From: a virus
Strand: one strand, 5' to 3'
Length of the DNA: 64,000 nt
IMG/VR virus record: IMGVR_UViG_3300031788_000002
Coordinates: 1 to 64,000 of that record
A model generated the notes under the pieces. That model was not told the DNA's origin. It was given only the letters and a program-made list of their open reading frames with translations, and did not search any database. Positions 38,023 to 47,141 of this stretch are shown here, one piece after another (position 1 is the stretch's first letter; each line of letters starts with the position of its first letter). The translations under genes were made by a program, and so were the position numbers.

Positions 38023-38526
38023 CTACTTCGTGTGGCCGACGTGCTTCATAACGGTGAGCGCGCTGTTCATCTCGGCAAAGCCCGAGTACGCCACCGTCTT
38101 CTGCAAGTTCCCCGCGGCGAGCTGCTGAGTCTTGAAGCTGTTGACCAGGGTGACGAGATCGGTCGCCGCATTGCTGACGGCCTGAACCAGCGCGGCGAAG
38201 GTGGGAAGGGGGTTTTGGGCATCGATGGCGATCTGTACCCCGTCGGCGAGCAGGGCCAAGGTATCATTGACCTTGGCGACTGCAGCCGTGTACGCCGCCG
38301 TGATCTGCACTTGGGTGGCGACGGGCAGGGATCCCTCGATAGACTGAAAGGCCACTTCGGCGTCGAGTAGAACAACCTGGACGATCTGGTCAAACGCCTG
38401 AACTCCCGCGACCGGGTTCGACTGGAAATTCTGCCACCAGGTCGCGGGCGAGGGGCAGCCCGTGCAGCACACCGCGCAGATTCCGACCATCATGGACAAC
38501 AGCGTCACCGAAATACGTTTCTTCAT
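38023..38526 (-). CDS. Helical lipoprotein
   Basis: MKKR + hydrophobic core + CTG-C lipobox; AAGGAG RBS. Confidence 0.7.
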   Translation of the reverse strand: MKKRISVTLLSMMVGICAVCCTGCPSPATWWQNFQSNPVAGVQAFDQIVQVVLLDAEVAFQSIEGSLPVATQVQITAAYTAAVAKVNDTLALLADGVQIAIDAQNPLPTFAALVQAVSNAATDLVTLVNSFKTQQLAAGNLQKTVAYSGFAEMNSALTVMKHVGHTK

Positions 38527-38580
38527 CAGTTTCTCCTTTGGGATGAGCGCTTCGTACATACGCCGGATCACTTCCAGACG

Positions 38581-38784
38581 TCAAACGGGTAGCGGAGGCG
38601 CTTCCCGCGTCTTCTCGGGAGTGATCCTAAAGGCGTGGATAGGGCACTCACTTTTGATGACGTCGTGACACGTGCAGCGGCGGGAGGCGACCATGTTGCA
38701 TTTGATGCAGCGGCCTTGTTGCCGACCCCCGACCATACCGAACTCAAGGACGTCGCTATGGCAGAGAAAGCAATGCCATTTCAT
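38581..38784 (-). CDS. Small Cys-rich Zn-binding protein (paralogue B)
   Basis: CFLC...GRCIKC...CTCHDV...ECPIH. Confidence 0.7.
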   Translation of the reverse strand: MKWHCFLCHSDVLEFGMVGGRQQGRCIKCNMVASRRCTCHDVIKSECPIHAFRITPEKTREAPPLPV

Positions 38785-38975
38785 CAGACCATCTCCTGGG
38801 TTTCTTCACCATCTTCGGCTTGCCCATGGATAGGGCACTCGTTTTGAGAAACGTCGTGGCAGGCACAGCCGCGGGAGCATGTCATGCCGCAACGTGTACA
38901 ACGCCCGTGTTGGCGCTGACCAAGAATCCTGCGGGACTCCACGCGCCCTTCACACAAAAGGCAGAACCAGTGCAT
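38784..38975 (-). CDS. Small Cys-rich Zn-binding protein (paralogue A)
   Basis: CLLC...GRCTRC...CACHDV...ECPIH. Confidence 0.7.
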   Translation of the reverse strand: MHWFCLLCEGRVESRRILGQRQHGRCTRCGMTCSRGCACHDVSQNECPIHGQAEDGEETQEMV

Positions 38976-38976
38976 G

Positions 38977-39288
38977 CTAGGGGACCTTCTTTCCTTGAAC
39001 GATGAACCCCGCGTCTTCGGGAACAGTGAGCTGATGCGTTGTTCCCTGAAACGTGAGGGTGACGTTGGCGCTACCGGCCATCGCTCTAATGTCGATAGTG
39101 GGCGTTTTGATGGCAATGTATCTGGCGGAATGCCTGAAAACAATCAAGGTGCCATGGTCGTTGAAGCGTACGCCGGCGAAGTAGGCGGTCGCCATCAACA
39201 ACGAGAAAGTGTTGGCACCAAGAAGGGGGGCGAAGCGGCGACGGTAAAGCGCTACACGCCGCATATGGTCGCATTGACGGCAGGCCAT
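38977..39288 (-). CDS. Hypothetical protein
   Basis: Fits minus-strand operon packing. Confidence 0.5.
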   Translation of the reverse strand: MACRQCDHMRRVALYRRRFAPLLGANTFSLLMATAYFAGVRFNDHGTLIVFRHSARYIAIKTPTIDIRAMAGSANVTLTFQGTTHQLTVPEDAGFIVQGKKVP

Positions 39289-39297
39289 TGAAGAAGC

Positions 39298-40281
39298 CTA
39301 CGAGGACTTCTTGGGCTGTGGGGTAACGTAGCCGCCGTGGATTGAGTTCGTGGGGATGTCAGGAAGCGGCTTCATGCGGCGGTGAAGCAGTGCTTGCAAA
39401 CCCTCTCGCGCCGCTTCTTTGAGCTCGGGGTAATCCTCGGCGCGTTCCGCTGCCGTGCCCTCGACTTTGATGATGACACTCTCCCCTGACAACGTGATTG
39501 TAGCCGAGCGCGTGTGCACATCGGCATACTCACGCTTTTCACAGGCGGACAGGCGCTCCATAATGCTCGTGGGTAGATCGTGTCGGTGTGCCATGACATG
39601 CGTCTCAAGTCGCTGAAGGCGTGCTTCCAGATCGCTAGACGGTACCTCGTGTGTTGCTGCCGAAGCGCTGGCGGGCGCCGGTTGCGCCTTTTCCAGCGCC
39701 GTACGGGGTGCAGACAGCTCTTCTGCAACTTCTTGAAAGATGGCCGGGGGTACATCGTTAGCGGAACGGTCCGCGTCGTCGTAGGCGTAGGTCCTATTCA
39801 CATTCTTTTTGGTGATGAGCTCCGCTTGGAGCAGGCACTTGTCGAGCTCCATGTGCAGAAAGCGTCGATGATGGCGTACGCGCGTGATCCAGGGTTCTCC
39901 CAGTGCACTGACGACTTGGGTGAGGCGCCGCCGGGCGCCTTGCACCGTAGTGGACCCATCTTTTCCGATGCACGCGAAGACGTCGATGATTGCCGCGGGC
40001 CATGCGCGGGGCCAGCTATACTTCGAAGGATAGCGGGCCGTGGGCCTACTACGCTTTTGAACTTCGTAGTAGTCCCGCAACCATGCCTTGAGCACGCTGA
40101 TGTTCTCAACAATGAGATGCAGGTCGTCGAGCGCTTTATCTGCTTCTTGCAGCGTGGCCCACTTCTCGCTGCGTACCATGTCTTGCCACGTCCTCGCTTT
40201 GTTGAGTTCCGTTGCAGACCACTCTTCTGCGTTTACGCCACTGGCGTTCGTTTTATTGTCCTTCGTGTGCTTGTCGCTCAT
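39298..40281 (-). CDS. Hypothetical protein
   Basis: 327 aa; AAGGA RBS. Confidence 0.65.
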   Translation of the reverse strand: MSDKHTKDNKTNASGVNAEEWSATELNKARTWQDMVRSEKWATLQEADKALDDLHLIVENISVLKAWLRDYYEVQKRSRPTARYPSKYSWPRAWPAAIIDVFACIGKDGSTTVQGARRRLTQVVSALGEPWITRVRHHRRFLHMELDKCLLQAELITKKNVNRTYAYDDADRSANDVPPAIFQEVAEELSAPRTALEKAQPAPASASAATHEVPSSDLEARLQRLETHVMAHRHDLPTSIMERLSACEKREYADVHTRSATITLSGESVIIKVEGTAAERAEDYPELKEAAREGLQALLHRRMKPLPDIPTNSIHGGYVTPQPKKSS

Positions 40282-40343
40282 GGTATTCCTTTAACAAGTG
40301 ATCCCCGTATTTGTTGTGCCATGCACTGTGGTAATTTTGTGGG

Positions 40344-41153
40344 ATGACCTACGTAGACTCGTTGACGTTCGCGGCACCGACGTTGGGTTGTTCTGCACTT
40401 CTTCCTACGCTGCCGAATGAGATCGGCCCGGCGCGGGAGGACCGCTTGTTCGAGCTGTACATGGCGGGGCAGTGCCCCCTGTGGTTGCGCCAATGGAAGG
40501 AGATTGTTGTAGAGGCCGAAGGGCTCAAGGGGTCCTTCTTCGTTCTTCCAGATTTCCTCTGCCTCGGCACGGACACCGACTACCTCTATACGCCGATGGG
40601 CGCGCTCAATGCAGAGCGCATTCTGGAACAGCGGTTCAACGCTGTGCTACCGACCGAACGCATGGTCGACTTGATCTACGCCGCGTCGAAACGGCAAGCG
40701 GCGCAGCCCTGGGGACCGCCTTACGACGATTCCATGATGAACACCAGCCGCTGGCCGGCGCAGAGCGCCAAGGTCATTGGGATGCAGCGTGCCCGCGGGG
40801 TGACGACAGGACAATTGGTAGAAGGCCATTGCAAGAACGTCATCGTGAGCGATAAAGCCATGGCGAAGCACGGCGTTCACCTGGGCTTCTACGGTTGGTT
40901 CTTAAACAACGGGGAGCCGATCCAGCAAGACAGCCTGGAGCATGGGGCTCTCTATTGCGATTACTCGCACGGCGTTCGTGGCGTGCTCAGTACAGTCGTC
41001 GTGGAAGACCAGACTATGAAGCTAGCGGACGCACTGAAGGACGAGCGGGCGCACGTGCTATTTTCGAGTACGCGCTTCGACCCGGGGTCGTACACGGCGG
41101 CGCGCGCCGCTTACTTCCAGATGCGTGGCGTCGAGGCGCCCTTGATTTACTAA
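40344..41153 (+). CDS. Conserved uncharacterised protein, possible cell-wall enzyme
   Basis: PM...LPT..MVD.I...GH.K.V..S...YGW...NG.PIQ....H...Y.DYSHG motifs; leaderless box. Confidence 0.55.
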   Translation: MTYVDSLTFAAPTLGCSALLPTLPNEIGPAREDRLFELYMAGQCPLWLRQWKEIVVEAEGLKGSFFVLPDFLCLGTDTDYLYTPMGALNAERILEQRFNAVLPTERMVDLIYAASKRQAAQPWGPPYDDSMMNTSRWPAQSAKVIGMQRARGVTTGQLVEGHCKNVIVSDKAMAKHGVHLGFYGWFLNNGEPIQQDSLEHGALYCDYSHGVRGVLSTVVVEDQTMKLADALKDERAHVLFSSTRFDPGSYTAARAAYFQMRGVEAPLIY

Positions 41154-41213
41154 GAGCGGAAAGTTCAGCGTGCGCACGGTATAAGCATCCTGGGAAGGAT
41201 GCCGCGCTAGAAC

Positions 41214-41720
41214 ATGCCGTTTGATAATACCCTTCGACCACTCTCCACGGCGTCAGCGACGGAATACGTCAATCGACTGCTCAAAAAAGGGTACTACCCC
41301 ATCAATAAGCTCCCAAGAGATTCCCTGTTGCGCATTCCTTGGGAGAATGGTCCTGTTGTGTCCCATGGGTTAACCACAGGGCTACCTAAGGTACAACGGG
41401 GGACAGTGGATAGGTACGACCTACCGGCGATCACGCACAACGGTGCGATGTGCGCTTGGGGACCTGTGGTCTACCCACTTCTTTGGAAGCAGCTCCGCGA
41501 ACACGCGAACGAAAAAGAGCCCTCGACGGAACTTCTGAAACGATTCGTGTTGGACATCGCGCGTATTGCGAACAGTGCGGCGCTACAGCGCACCCTTTTA
41601 CAGTCCTACATTATCGCGCATCTTCAAGAGAACAAGGATCGCGCCTTCTTGCGCGTAGCTATTGACAGCGCGCTCTGTTTGTTGTCGAAAGAAGAAAGTA
41701 GTGCTGCCCCACATCGATAA
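41214..41720 (+). CDS. Hypothetical protein
   Basis: Class A promoter at 41178-41185. Confidence 0.6.
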   Translation: MPFDNTLRPLSTASATEYVNRLLKKGYYPINKLPRDSLLRIPWENGPVVSHGLTTGLPKVQRGTVDRYDLPAITHNGAMCAWGPVVYPLLWKQLREHANEKEPSTELLKRFVLDIARIANSAALQRTLLQSYIIAHLQENKDRAFLRVAIDSALCLLSKEESSAAPHR

Positions 41721-41798
41721 ACAACTGTTGATCGGCCTGTTCATCATTTTGATGATCAGCATGCTCCGCACCTTGTCGTGCTGAGCTTTAGGAGCCCC

Positions 41799-42377
41799 AT
41801 GCCCGAAGAACCCACTGCAACGCCTTTCCTTGACAGTCTCACGGACCGTCGCGTCTTTCGCGTTTTCATCCCGGCGATCACCAAAGACCAGCTGAAAGAA
41901 AATCAGCCCTACGTCATCCGCATCGTTATCCCCAAGGGCGCCCAGTTCCTTGAAGTGATGCAGATCGAACCGGTGTCCGCGGGGCTGGGAGCTTTTTCAG
42001 GGAGCTCGACGACGGCGTACGCTTTTCTGTGCGACCACGATGTTAAGGAAACGGAGACGTTCTACACAACCAGTTGGTTCAGCGACCGACCGATGCCCTG
42101 GGCGTCCGGGCAATCAGCAAAGTACGTCGATGCAACGCCTTTTCCAAAGATTTGTTGCTCGCCTCTGAACACGACGTCGCACAGTGGTATTCCGCTGCTG
42201 CACCTGCGCGTATGCGTGGTCCCAACAGATTACAAAGCCTTCGAAGCTGAGTTGGTTACTGTGGGGTACGTCATCATCAACACGAAGCCCTACGACTCGG
42301 AATCGTTGCTCGCTTACTATCAAGCGCGAGCGAAGAGCGCGCCTTCTTCGCCAACTTCACCCCCTGCTGTAGGCTAA
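41799..42377 (+). CDS. Hypothetical protein
   Basis: AGGAG RBS. Confidence 0.65.
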   Translation: MPEEPTATPFLDSLTDRRVFRVFIPAITKDQLKENQPYVIRIVIPKGAQFLEVMQIEPVSAGLGAFSGSSTTAYAFLCDHDVKETETFYTTSWFSDRPMPWASGQSAKYVDATPFPKICCSPLNTTSHSGIPLLHLRVCVVPTDYKAFEAELVTVGYVIINTKPYDSESLLAYYQARAKSAPSSPTSPPAVG

Positions 42378-42416
42378 TCGAACGCGCTTGAGCACCGCGT
42401 AATCGAGGAGCAATAC

Positions 42417-42695
42417 ATGAACGTGGCGAAGCCACCGATGCCTGCTGTGGCGTCGGACATGGACTCTTTTGTCTCTAGCGTCGACTTTGCTTACTTTCGC
42501 ACGACGCTGCTGCGTATGAAGGGGCGCTACCCGGCGATTTACGGGCACGTGGCCTACGTGGACCCGTATATCGACTATGTGCGCGTGGAAGCAGCAGTAC
42601 CCATTAGGACTACGGCGATGCTGGTAGCCTGGTCAGGGACGCAGGCAGCGTGCTACGAGAAGTGGGAAGGCTTTCTTCCGAAGGGAGATGCGTGA
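42417..42695 (+). CDS. Hypothetical protein
   Basis: GAGGAG RBS. Confidence 0.6.
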   Translation: MNVAKPPMPAVASDMDSFVSSVDFAYFRTTLLRMKGRYPAIYGHVAYVDPYIDYVRVEAAVPIRTTAMLVAWSGTQAACYEKWEGFLPKGDA

Positions 42696-42916
42696 TGCCG
42701 CGGGTACTTTCGTTTCAAGCGTTGAGCGATTCTACAAAGGAGGAGGCTGGCTATCTCCTCGATAACCTGGTCGATGATATCGCGGCGCTTGCAGAAGACG
42801 TCGCCGAAAGAACGGCGATCCACAGGTACATGGTGGACAAGCTTCGGGAGCCCATTGAAGCCGACGACGATGAGGAAGCAGAGGCTAACGAGGAAGAGGA
42901 CGAAGTTTTGGCGTAG
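42695..42916 (+). CDS. Small acidic protein
   Basis: GGAG RBS; TGATG overlap. Confidence 0.55.
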   Translation: MPRVLSFQALSDSTKEEAGYLLDNLVDDIAALAEDVAERTAIHRYMVDKLREPIEADDDEEAEANEEEDEVLA

Positions 42917-43169
42917 CGGCCTTCCCGCTGTACGCCGTTTGTACCCGGTGCCCTCGGGCTTAAACGAGCAGATGCTCAGGCCGGGTAACTTTTAGCTGTC
43001 GCCCTTGCTCCGGCTACGCGGGCAAGGGCGATGACCGCCTCAGGTTTGTTTTGTCACCGAAGCGCAACATCTTGGTGATGCCGCCCGTACTTGCTCTAGC
43101 CCTTCTTTTTTATTACGAGAAACTCCGGTCGGTGTACATTGTGCACCGAGCACACCCTCCAGGAGCTTC

Positions 43170-44282
43170 ATGAGCGAACAACACTTGCTGCATCCGGATG
43201 TTCATCGCCCGGCGTCTCAATGGAGTGAAGATCAGACGCTTCACTTGGCCGCTTGCTACAGCAATCCTTTTCGCTGGCGTGTACGCCGCGAGTTGGCCAA
43301 TGACTTCCGTCGGCATATTGCGCAGATGCCCAACGTTCGTCTGCACTTTATTGAACTGGCGTACGGGGATCGCCCGTTCGAAGTAACAAATCCAGCGCTC
43401 TACCCGGATGACATCCAGGTACGTACGCCCCATGAGCTGTGGCATAAAGAGAACATGCTCAATGTCGCCATCCAGCACTTCCCCCCAGATTGGAAGTATG
43501 GCGGCTACCTCGATGCCGACGTGCAATGCACCCGTTACGACTTTGCGCTGGAGGCCATTCATCAGCTGCAGCACTACGAGTGGGCGCAACTTTTCTCGAG
43601 CTACACAAATCTCTCGGGTAAAACGATTCCAGGGCGGGGGCATCAGCGCATTGGGGAAACCTATGGCTTTGCCTACTTGTACTCAGAGTCCATCGACTTG
43701 ATGCTGCATTCTTCTAAAAAGACGCAGCTTGAAAGTGGTTTCGCCGCTCAGCCTGGTGTTCACATGCGTGGCCGACGTATGGGGGGTAACCCGGGTTTGG
43801 GTTGGGCCTTTCGCCGAAGTGCCTTCGATGCTGTAGGCGGTCTTCTCGACCGTTGCATTCTAGGTAGTGGCGACGGTTTCATGGCTTTTGGCCTTGCGGG
43901 AACTTACGACGAGTTGAAGAAGTATGGCGTGCCCCTCAACATGCGGCATTGGAGCGAAGTTCGCAACATTACGTTGTACACCGAGGCGTACCGTAGTGCG
44001 ATCTATGCGTGGCAGGAGCGTGCGGCGCGCTTAACCCGTAACATTGGGTACGTTGATCAGCACGTGATCCACCACTATCACGGACCCAAGGATCGCCGCG
44101 GATACACCACGCGCGATGCAATCCTCATCGAGGAGAAATACGATCCGATGCGCGACGTATACCCTGATTATCAGGGTATTCTTCAGCTATCTCCGGACAA
44201 GCCCCGTTTGCGAGATCGCATTCGTGCGTACTTCCTCTCTCGTGTTGAAGATCTGCCACACATCCCTTCCGACCTCGTCTGA
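43170..44282 (+). CDS. Glycosyltransferase-like protein (GT-A fold)
   Basis: LWHKENMLN, YLDAD (DxD), PGLGWAFRRSAFDAVGGL, LGSGD, HHYHG; AGGAG RBS. Confidence 0.7.
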   Translation: MSEQHLLHPDVHRPASQWSEDQTLHLAACYSNPFRWRVRRELANDFRRHIAQMPNVRLHFIELAYGDRPFEVTNPALYPDDIQVRTPHELWHKENMLNVAIQHFPPDWKYGGYLDADVQCTRYDFALEAIHQLQHYEWAQLFSSYTNLSGKTIPGRGHQRIGETYGFAYLYSESIDLMLHSSKKTQLESGFAAQPGVHMRGRRMGGNPGLGWAFRRSAFDAVGGLLDRCILGSGDGFMAFGLAGTYDELKKYGVPLNMRHWSEVRNITLYTEAYRSAIYAWQERAARLTRNIGYVDQHVIHHYHGPKDRRGYTTRDAILIEEKYDPMRDVYPDYQGILQLSPDKPRLRDRIRAYFLSRVEDLPHIPSDLV

Positions 44283-44344
44283 TTCTTTTAGCCCGCGATT
44301 TCGCGGTAGACTTCCCGCACAACGTTTTGTGTCGAGGAGGTCTT

Positions 44345-45376
44345 ATGGCCGCAGGTTCTGGTGTCTTCAGTACAGCACGACCGAAAAACGCGAATTTGGT
44401 GTACGCCGGTAAAGGAGGGATCGGCGGTGAGGTCGGCGAGCTTCGCCAGGACGTGGACAATGCCCTGTCCCCGCTGGCCGCGATCACGGTGGAAGAGTTC
44501 ATCAATCCGGTGGCGCCGTCGCCCACCGCCCTGATGGCCGCGACGGCGTCATCGACCACGGCGCTGTCCTTCACCAAGTTGGCGGGGAGCTTCACCCTGG
44601 CGACCTTGGCGAGCATGGCCACGGCTCCGCGGCAGGTGCAGCTCACGACGGGGGGAACGACGCCTGCCAATCAGCCGGCGACGTTGGTGTTGAAGGGGCT
44701 CGATGAGCGGGGTAAGCCGCAGAGCGAAACGATCAATCTCCTGCAGACCGCGGGCAACGTGCTGAGCAAGTACTTCTACACCGAGCTCGATGCTGCTCTC
44801 CCGGCGGCAGGGCTCGGTGCGGGGGCTACCCTGGCCCTTGGCGTTGGTAGCAAGTTGGGCCTCTCGCGCAAGGTCAAGACGCGCGCGGGGCGCGTCGCGG
44901 TGCTGCAAGAGGTTGCGCTTGGCGCAGTCGTGACTTCGGGCGTGGTGGTGGCGGAATCCACCGGCGCGGCGGCCACCGAGACCGGGCTGGGTGACCTGAC
45001 CAACGCAGCCACCATCGCCGCATTGAACGGGCAGACGCTGATCTTCAGCTTGGACAAGCAAGAGTTCAAGGCCGTGCAGTTCAATGAGCCTGCGAACGAA
45101 GCCGCGGTGGTTACGCAGATCAACGCGGTGTTTGGGGTGACCGTGGCGGCGGTGGGCGGCGTGGGCAACAAGTTCCTCGTACTGACCAGTACCACGCAGG
45201 GCATTGATAGTCAGATCGACATTTCAGCTGAGAGCACGGCGTTGGTACTCCTTGGCTTTGTACCCGGCCTCATCACGGGATCGGGCAATGGTACCTACGG
45301 GTCGTACACTCCTTCGGCGGCACTCAACGGCGCCAATGACTACGCCGTGACGTACGAGTTCGATCCCACCGTCTAA
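44345..45376 (+). CDS. Putative capsid decoration / virion protein
   Basis: Ala/Gly/Thr rich, high codon bias, GAGGAGG RBS, own terminator. Confidence 0.55.
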   Translation: MAAGSGVFSTARPKNANLVYAGKGGIGGEVGELRQDVDNALSPLAAITVEEFINPVAPSPTALMAATASSTTALSFTKLAGSFTLATLASMATAPRQVQLTTGGTTPANQPATLVLKGLDERGKPQSETINLLQTAGNVLSKYFYTELDAALPAAGLGAGATLALGVGSKLGLSRKVKTRAGRVAVLQEVALGAVVTSGVVVAESTGAAATETGLGDLTNAATIAALNGQTLIFSLDKQEFKAVQFNEPANEAAVVTQINAVFGVTVAAVGGVGNKFLVLTSTTQGIDSQIDISAESTALVLLGFVPGLITGSGNGTYGSYTPSAALNGANDYAVTYEFDPTV

Positions 45377-45394
45377 TCCCGCACTAAGCGAAGA

Positions 45395-45434
45395 AGGGAC
45401 ATGCCCCTCCCACGAAGGAGAGGGGCTGCCTTTC
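45395..45434. terminator. Hairpin between convergent genes
   Basis: GCCCCTC...GAGGGGC stem. Confidence 0.5.
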
Positions 45435-46026
45435 AGGTCATGGCGGTTCCCGCCCAAATGCCGACGTCAACCCAGTTCGTCGTGCATTCCGTAACGGCGC
45501 GCAGTTCGTCGTTGCTGAGATTGGGTGCGTCTTGCCAAAGCAGGGCCACGCAATCCAGTGACGTGTGATGCCTCTTCCAGCGTGCGACGGGCTCGAAACG
45601 GTCATCTACGAACACGTGGCCGAAGACCAGGTGCTTGTCGGCGGTAAAGTGCACGCGGGAGGCGGCATCGCGTCCGAAGAGCTCGCGCAGCCACTCCCGC
45701 CGGTCGTAATCCCAGGTGGGGGATGTATACGGCGACGACGTGATGAAGTGAACCTCGTTGCCGCGCAAAAGCTTTTGTACCCCTTCGATGGCACCCGGCA
45801 GCGGCTTCATGGATGCGGCGCGTCCAGGCTCGTTGATCAACGTCCATGTAGCGCGCATCTGTTCGTCCGTAAGCTTCAGCGCACTTTTGTAGTCGTAAGA
45901 GCTGACCAGCCCGAGATCGTTTCGCGTGAAAGTTGTACCGTTGGCTTGGTTGCAGCAATCCACGTACAGCTGCCGAAAGTCGGCGATGACGCCGTCTACA
46001 TCCAGAAGAATAATTGGTTGGCTCAT
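45433..46026 (-). CDS. 5'(3')-deoxyribonucleotidase (HAD, NT5C family)
   Basis: LLDVDGVIADF, PLPGAIEGV, ITS, K...VFVDD. Confidence 0.88.
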   Translation of the reverse strand: MSQPIILLDVDGVIADFRQLYVDCCNQANGTTFTRNDLGLVSSYDYKSALKLTDEQMRATWTLINEPGRAASMKPLPGAIEGVQKLLRGNEVHFITSSPYTSPTWDYDRREWLRELFGRDAASRVHFTADKHLVFGHVFVDDRFEPVARWKRHHTSLDCVALLWQDAPNLSNDELRAVTECTTNWVDVGIWAGTAMT

Positions 46027-46262
46027 TTAAGTTCCGTGGCCAGGTTGCTCAGCGTGTCGACGCTGAAGCGCCGCCCGTTGATTGTAACGGTAAGAACCCA
46101 AACCGATTCTTTGAAGTATTCCTTCTGCACATGCTTCGCGTAGGTCAACGCGCGCTGCTCGATGCTTGCATTTTTGCTGTGTACGACATCGAAAGGAAAG
46201 GCGTTGATGACCCATTCGGCGACAACAACCTCGTCCTGCTCTTCGCTATTCTGTGTTGACAT
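46023..46262 (-). CDS. Small hypothetical protein
   Basis: MSTQNSEE; overlaps nucleotidase start. Confidence 0.55.
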   Translation of the reverse strand: MSTQNSEEQDEVVVAEWVINAFPFDVVHSKNASIEQRALTYAKHVQKEYFKESVWVLTVTINGRRFSVDTLSNLATELK

Positions 46263-46269
46263 AGGGCTC

Positions 46270-46587
46270 TTAACGGTAGAAGCGAACCTTGGGGAACAGC
46301 TTTCGGATCTTTTCTTTGGCGTCTTCCCGCGTAAACGCGCGCAAGTTATCGTCGATGGTTCCTTCGTCGTTGGCGTACCAGTACAAGGGGGCGCCCAGCC
46401 CCCAGTAGGTTCCGCGCTTGTCGTAGCCGCCACTGTTGAGGTAGACGCGCTGCAAGACGAGCTTGCCCGCGTAATCCTTGGGTTCCGCTCGAAGGCCCGT
46501 GCGGCCGTACGCAGCGCCGCGTTGTGGGTCGCCGCCCCAACCACGTGGGTCACGTGTTGAGTAGCTTGGGGCCACGCTTCTTTCCAC
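46270..46587 (-). CDS. Conserved phage hypothetical protein
   Basis: GAAYGR...LNSGGYDKRGTYWGLGAPLY...RA..R..AK motif. Confidence 0.7.
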   Translation of the reverse strand: MERSVAPSYSTRDPRGWGGDPQRGAAYGRTGLRAEPKDYAGKLVLQRVYLNSGGYDKRGTYWGLGAPLYWYANDEGTIDDNLRAFTREDAKEKIRKLFPKVRFYR

Positions 46588-46897
46588 AGCGCTGTTGCGC
46601 GCGTATGTTGTTCTGCACGTCTGCTTCCATTTGCTTCGCCGCCTTCGGCCCGCGTTGTGTTGCGCGTTGGATGTATTGATCGTTGCTTTCTGTCAACGCC
46701 CGGAGAGGATCTTCCTCTTCTTCATGAAGCCGACGAAGAAGGCAGCGCAATACGTCCAAATGCAGTTCGAGCCCATGGCGCGCCGGCCCCTTGACGTCTG
46801 CTGTGCGCCTCGTGTCGATAAGGATGCCAACACTTGTGGTGACGCCGGCGGCACAGCAGCGCAAAACGTCTGATTCCTTTGGCGTGGGATTTCGCAT
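46550..46897 (-). CDS. Hypothetical protein (MRxPTxxE paralogue)
   Basis: AGGA RBS; similar to the upstream ORF. Confidence 0.55.
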   Translation of the reverse strand: MRNPTPKESDVLRCCAAGVTTSVGILIDTRRTADVKGPARHGLELHLDVLRCLLRRLHEEEEDPLRALTESNDQYIQRATQRGPKAAKQMEADVQNNIRAQQRCGKKRGPKLLNT

Positions 46898-47082
46898 GTT
46901 TCTTCCTGTTCTGTCTTCAAACGGTCAATAACCTGGTGCAGAACACGCAGATTTAATTCGAAGGCATCGATGGTGTGACATCGCAATGCAGGGTTTTCGT
47001 GGAACAGCGTTGGTGTCTTTCGCAGTAAAGCGCGTAGGGAAAGAACAAGAAGCCATACTTCGTCGTTTGTAGGTTTTCGCAT
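46693..47082 (-). CDS. Hypothetical protein (MRxPTxxE paralogue)
   Basis: GGAGG RBS; C-terminus runs over the downstream paralogue. Confidence 0.45.
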   Translation of the reverse strand: MRKPTNDEVWLLVLSLRALLRKTPTLFHENPALRCHTIDAFELNLRVLHQVIDRLKTEQEETCEIPRQRNQTFCAAVPPASPQVLASLSTRGAQQTSRGRRAMGSNCIWTYCAAFFVGFMKKRKILSGR

Positions 47083-47141
47083 GACGCGCCTCCGGCGCAT
47101 GCATCTGGGTGAACCTCGAAAGGCGTGCTACAAAGCGCGCA

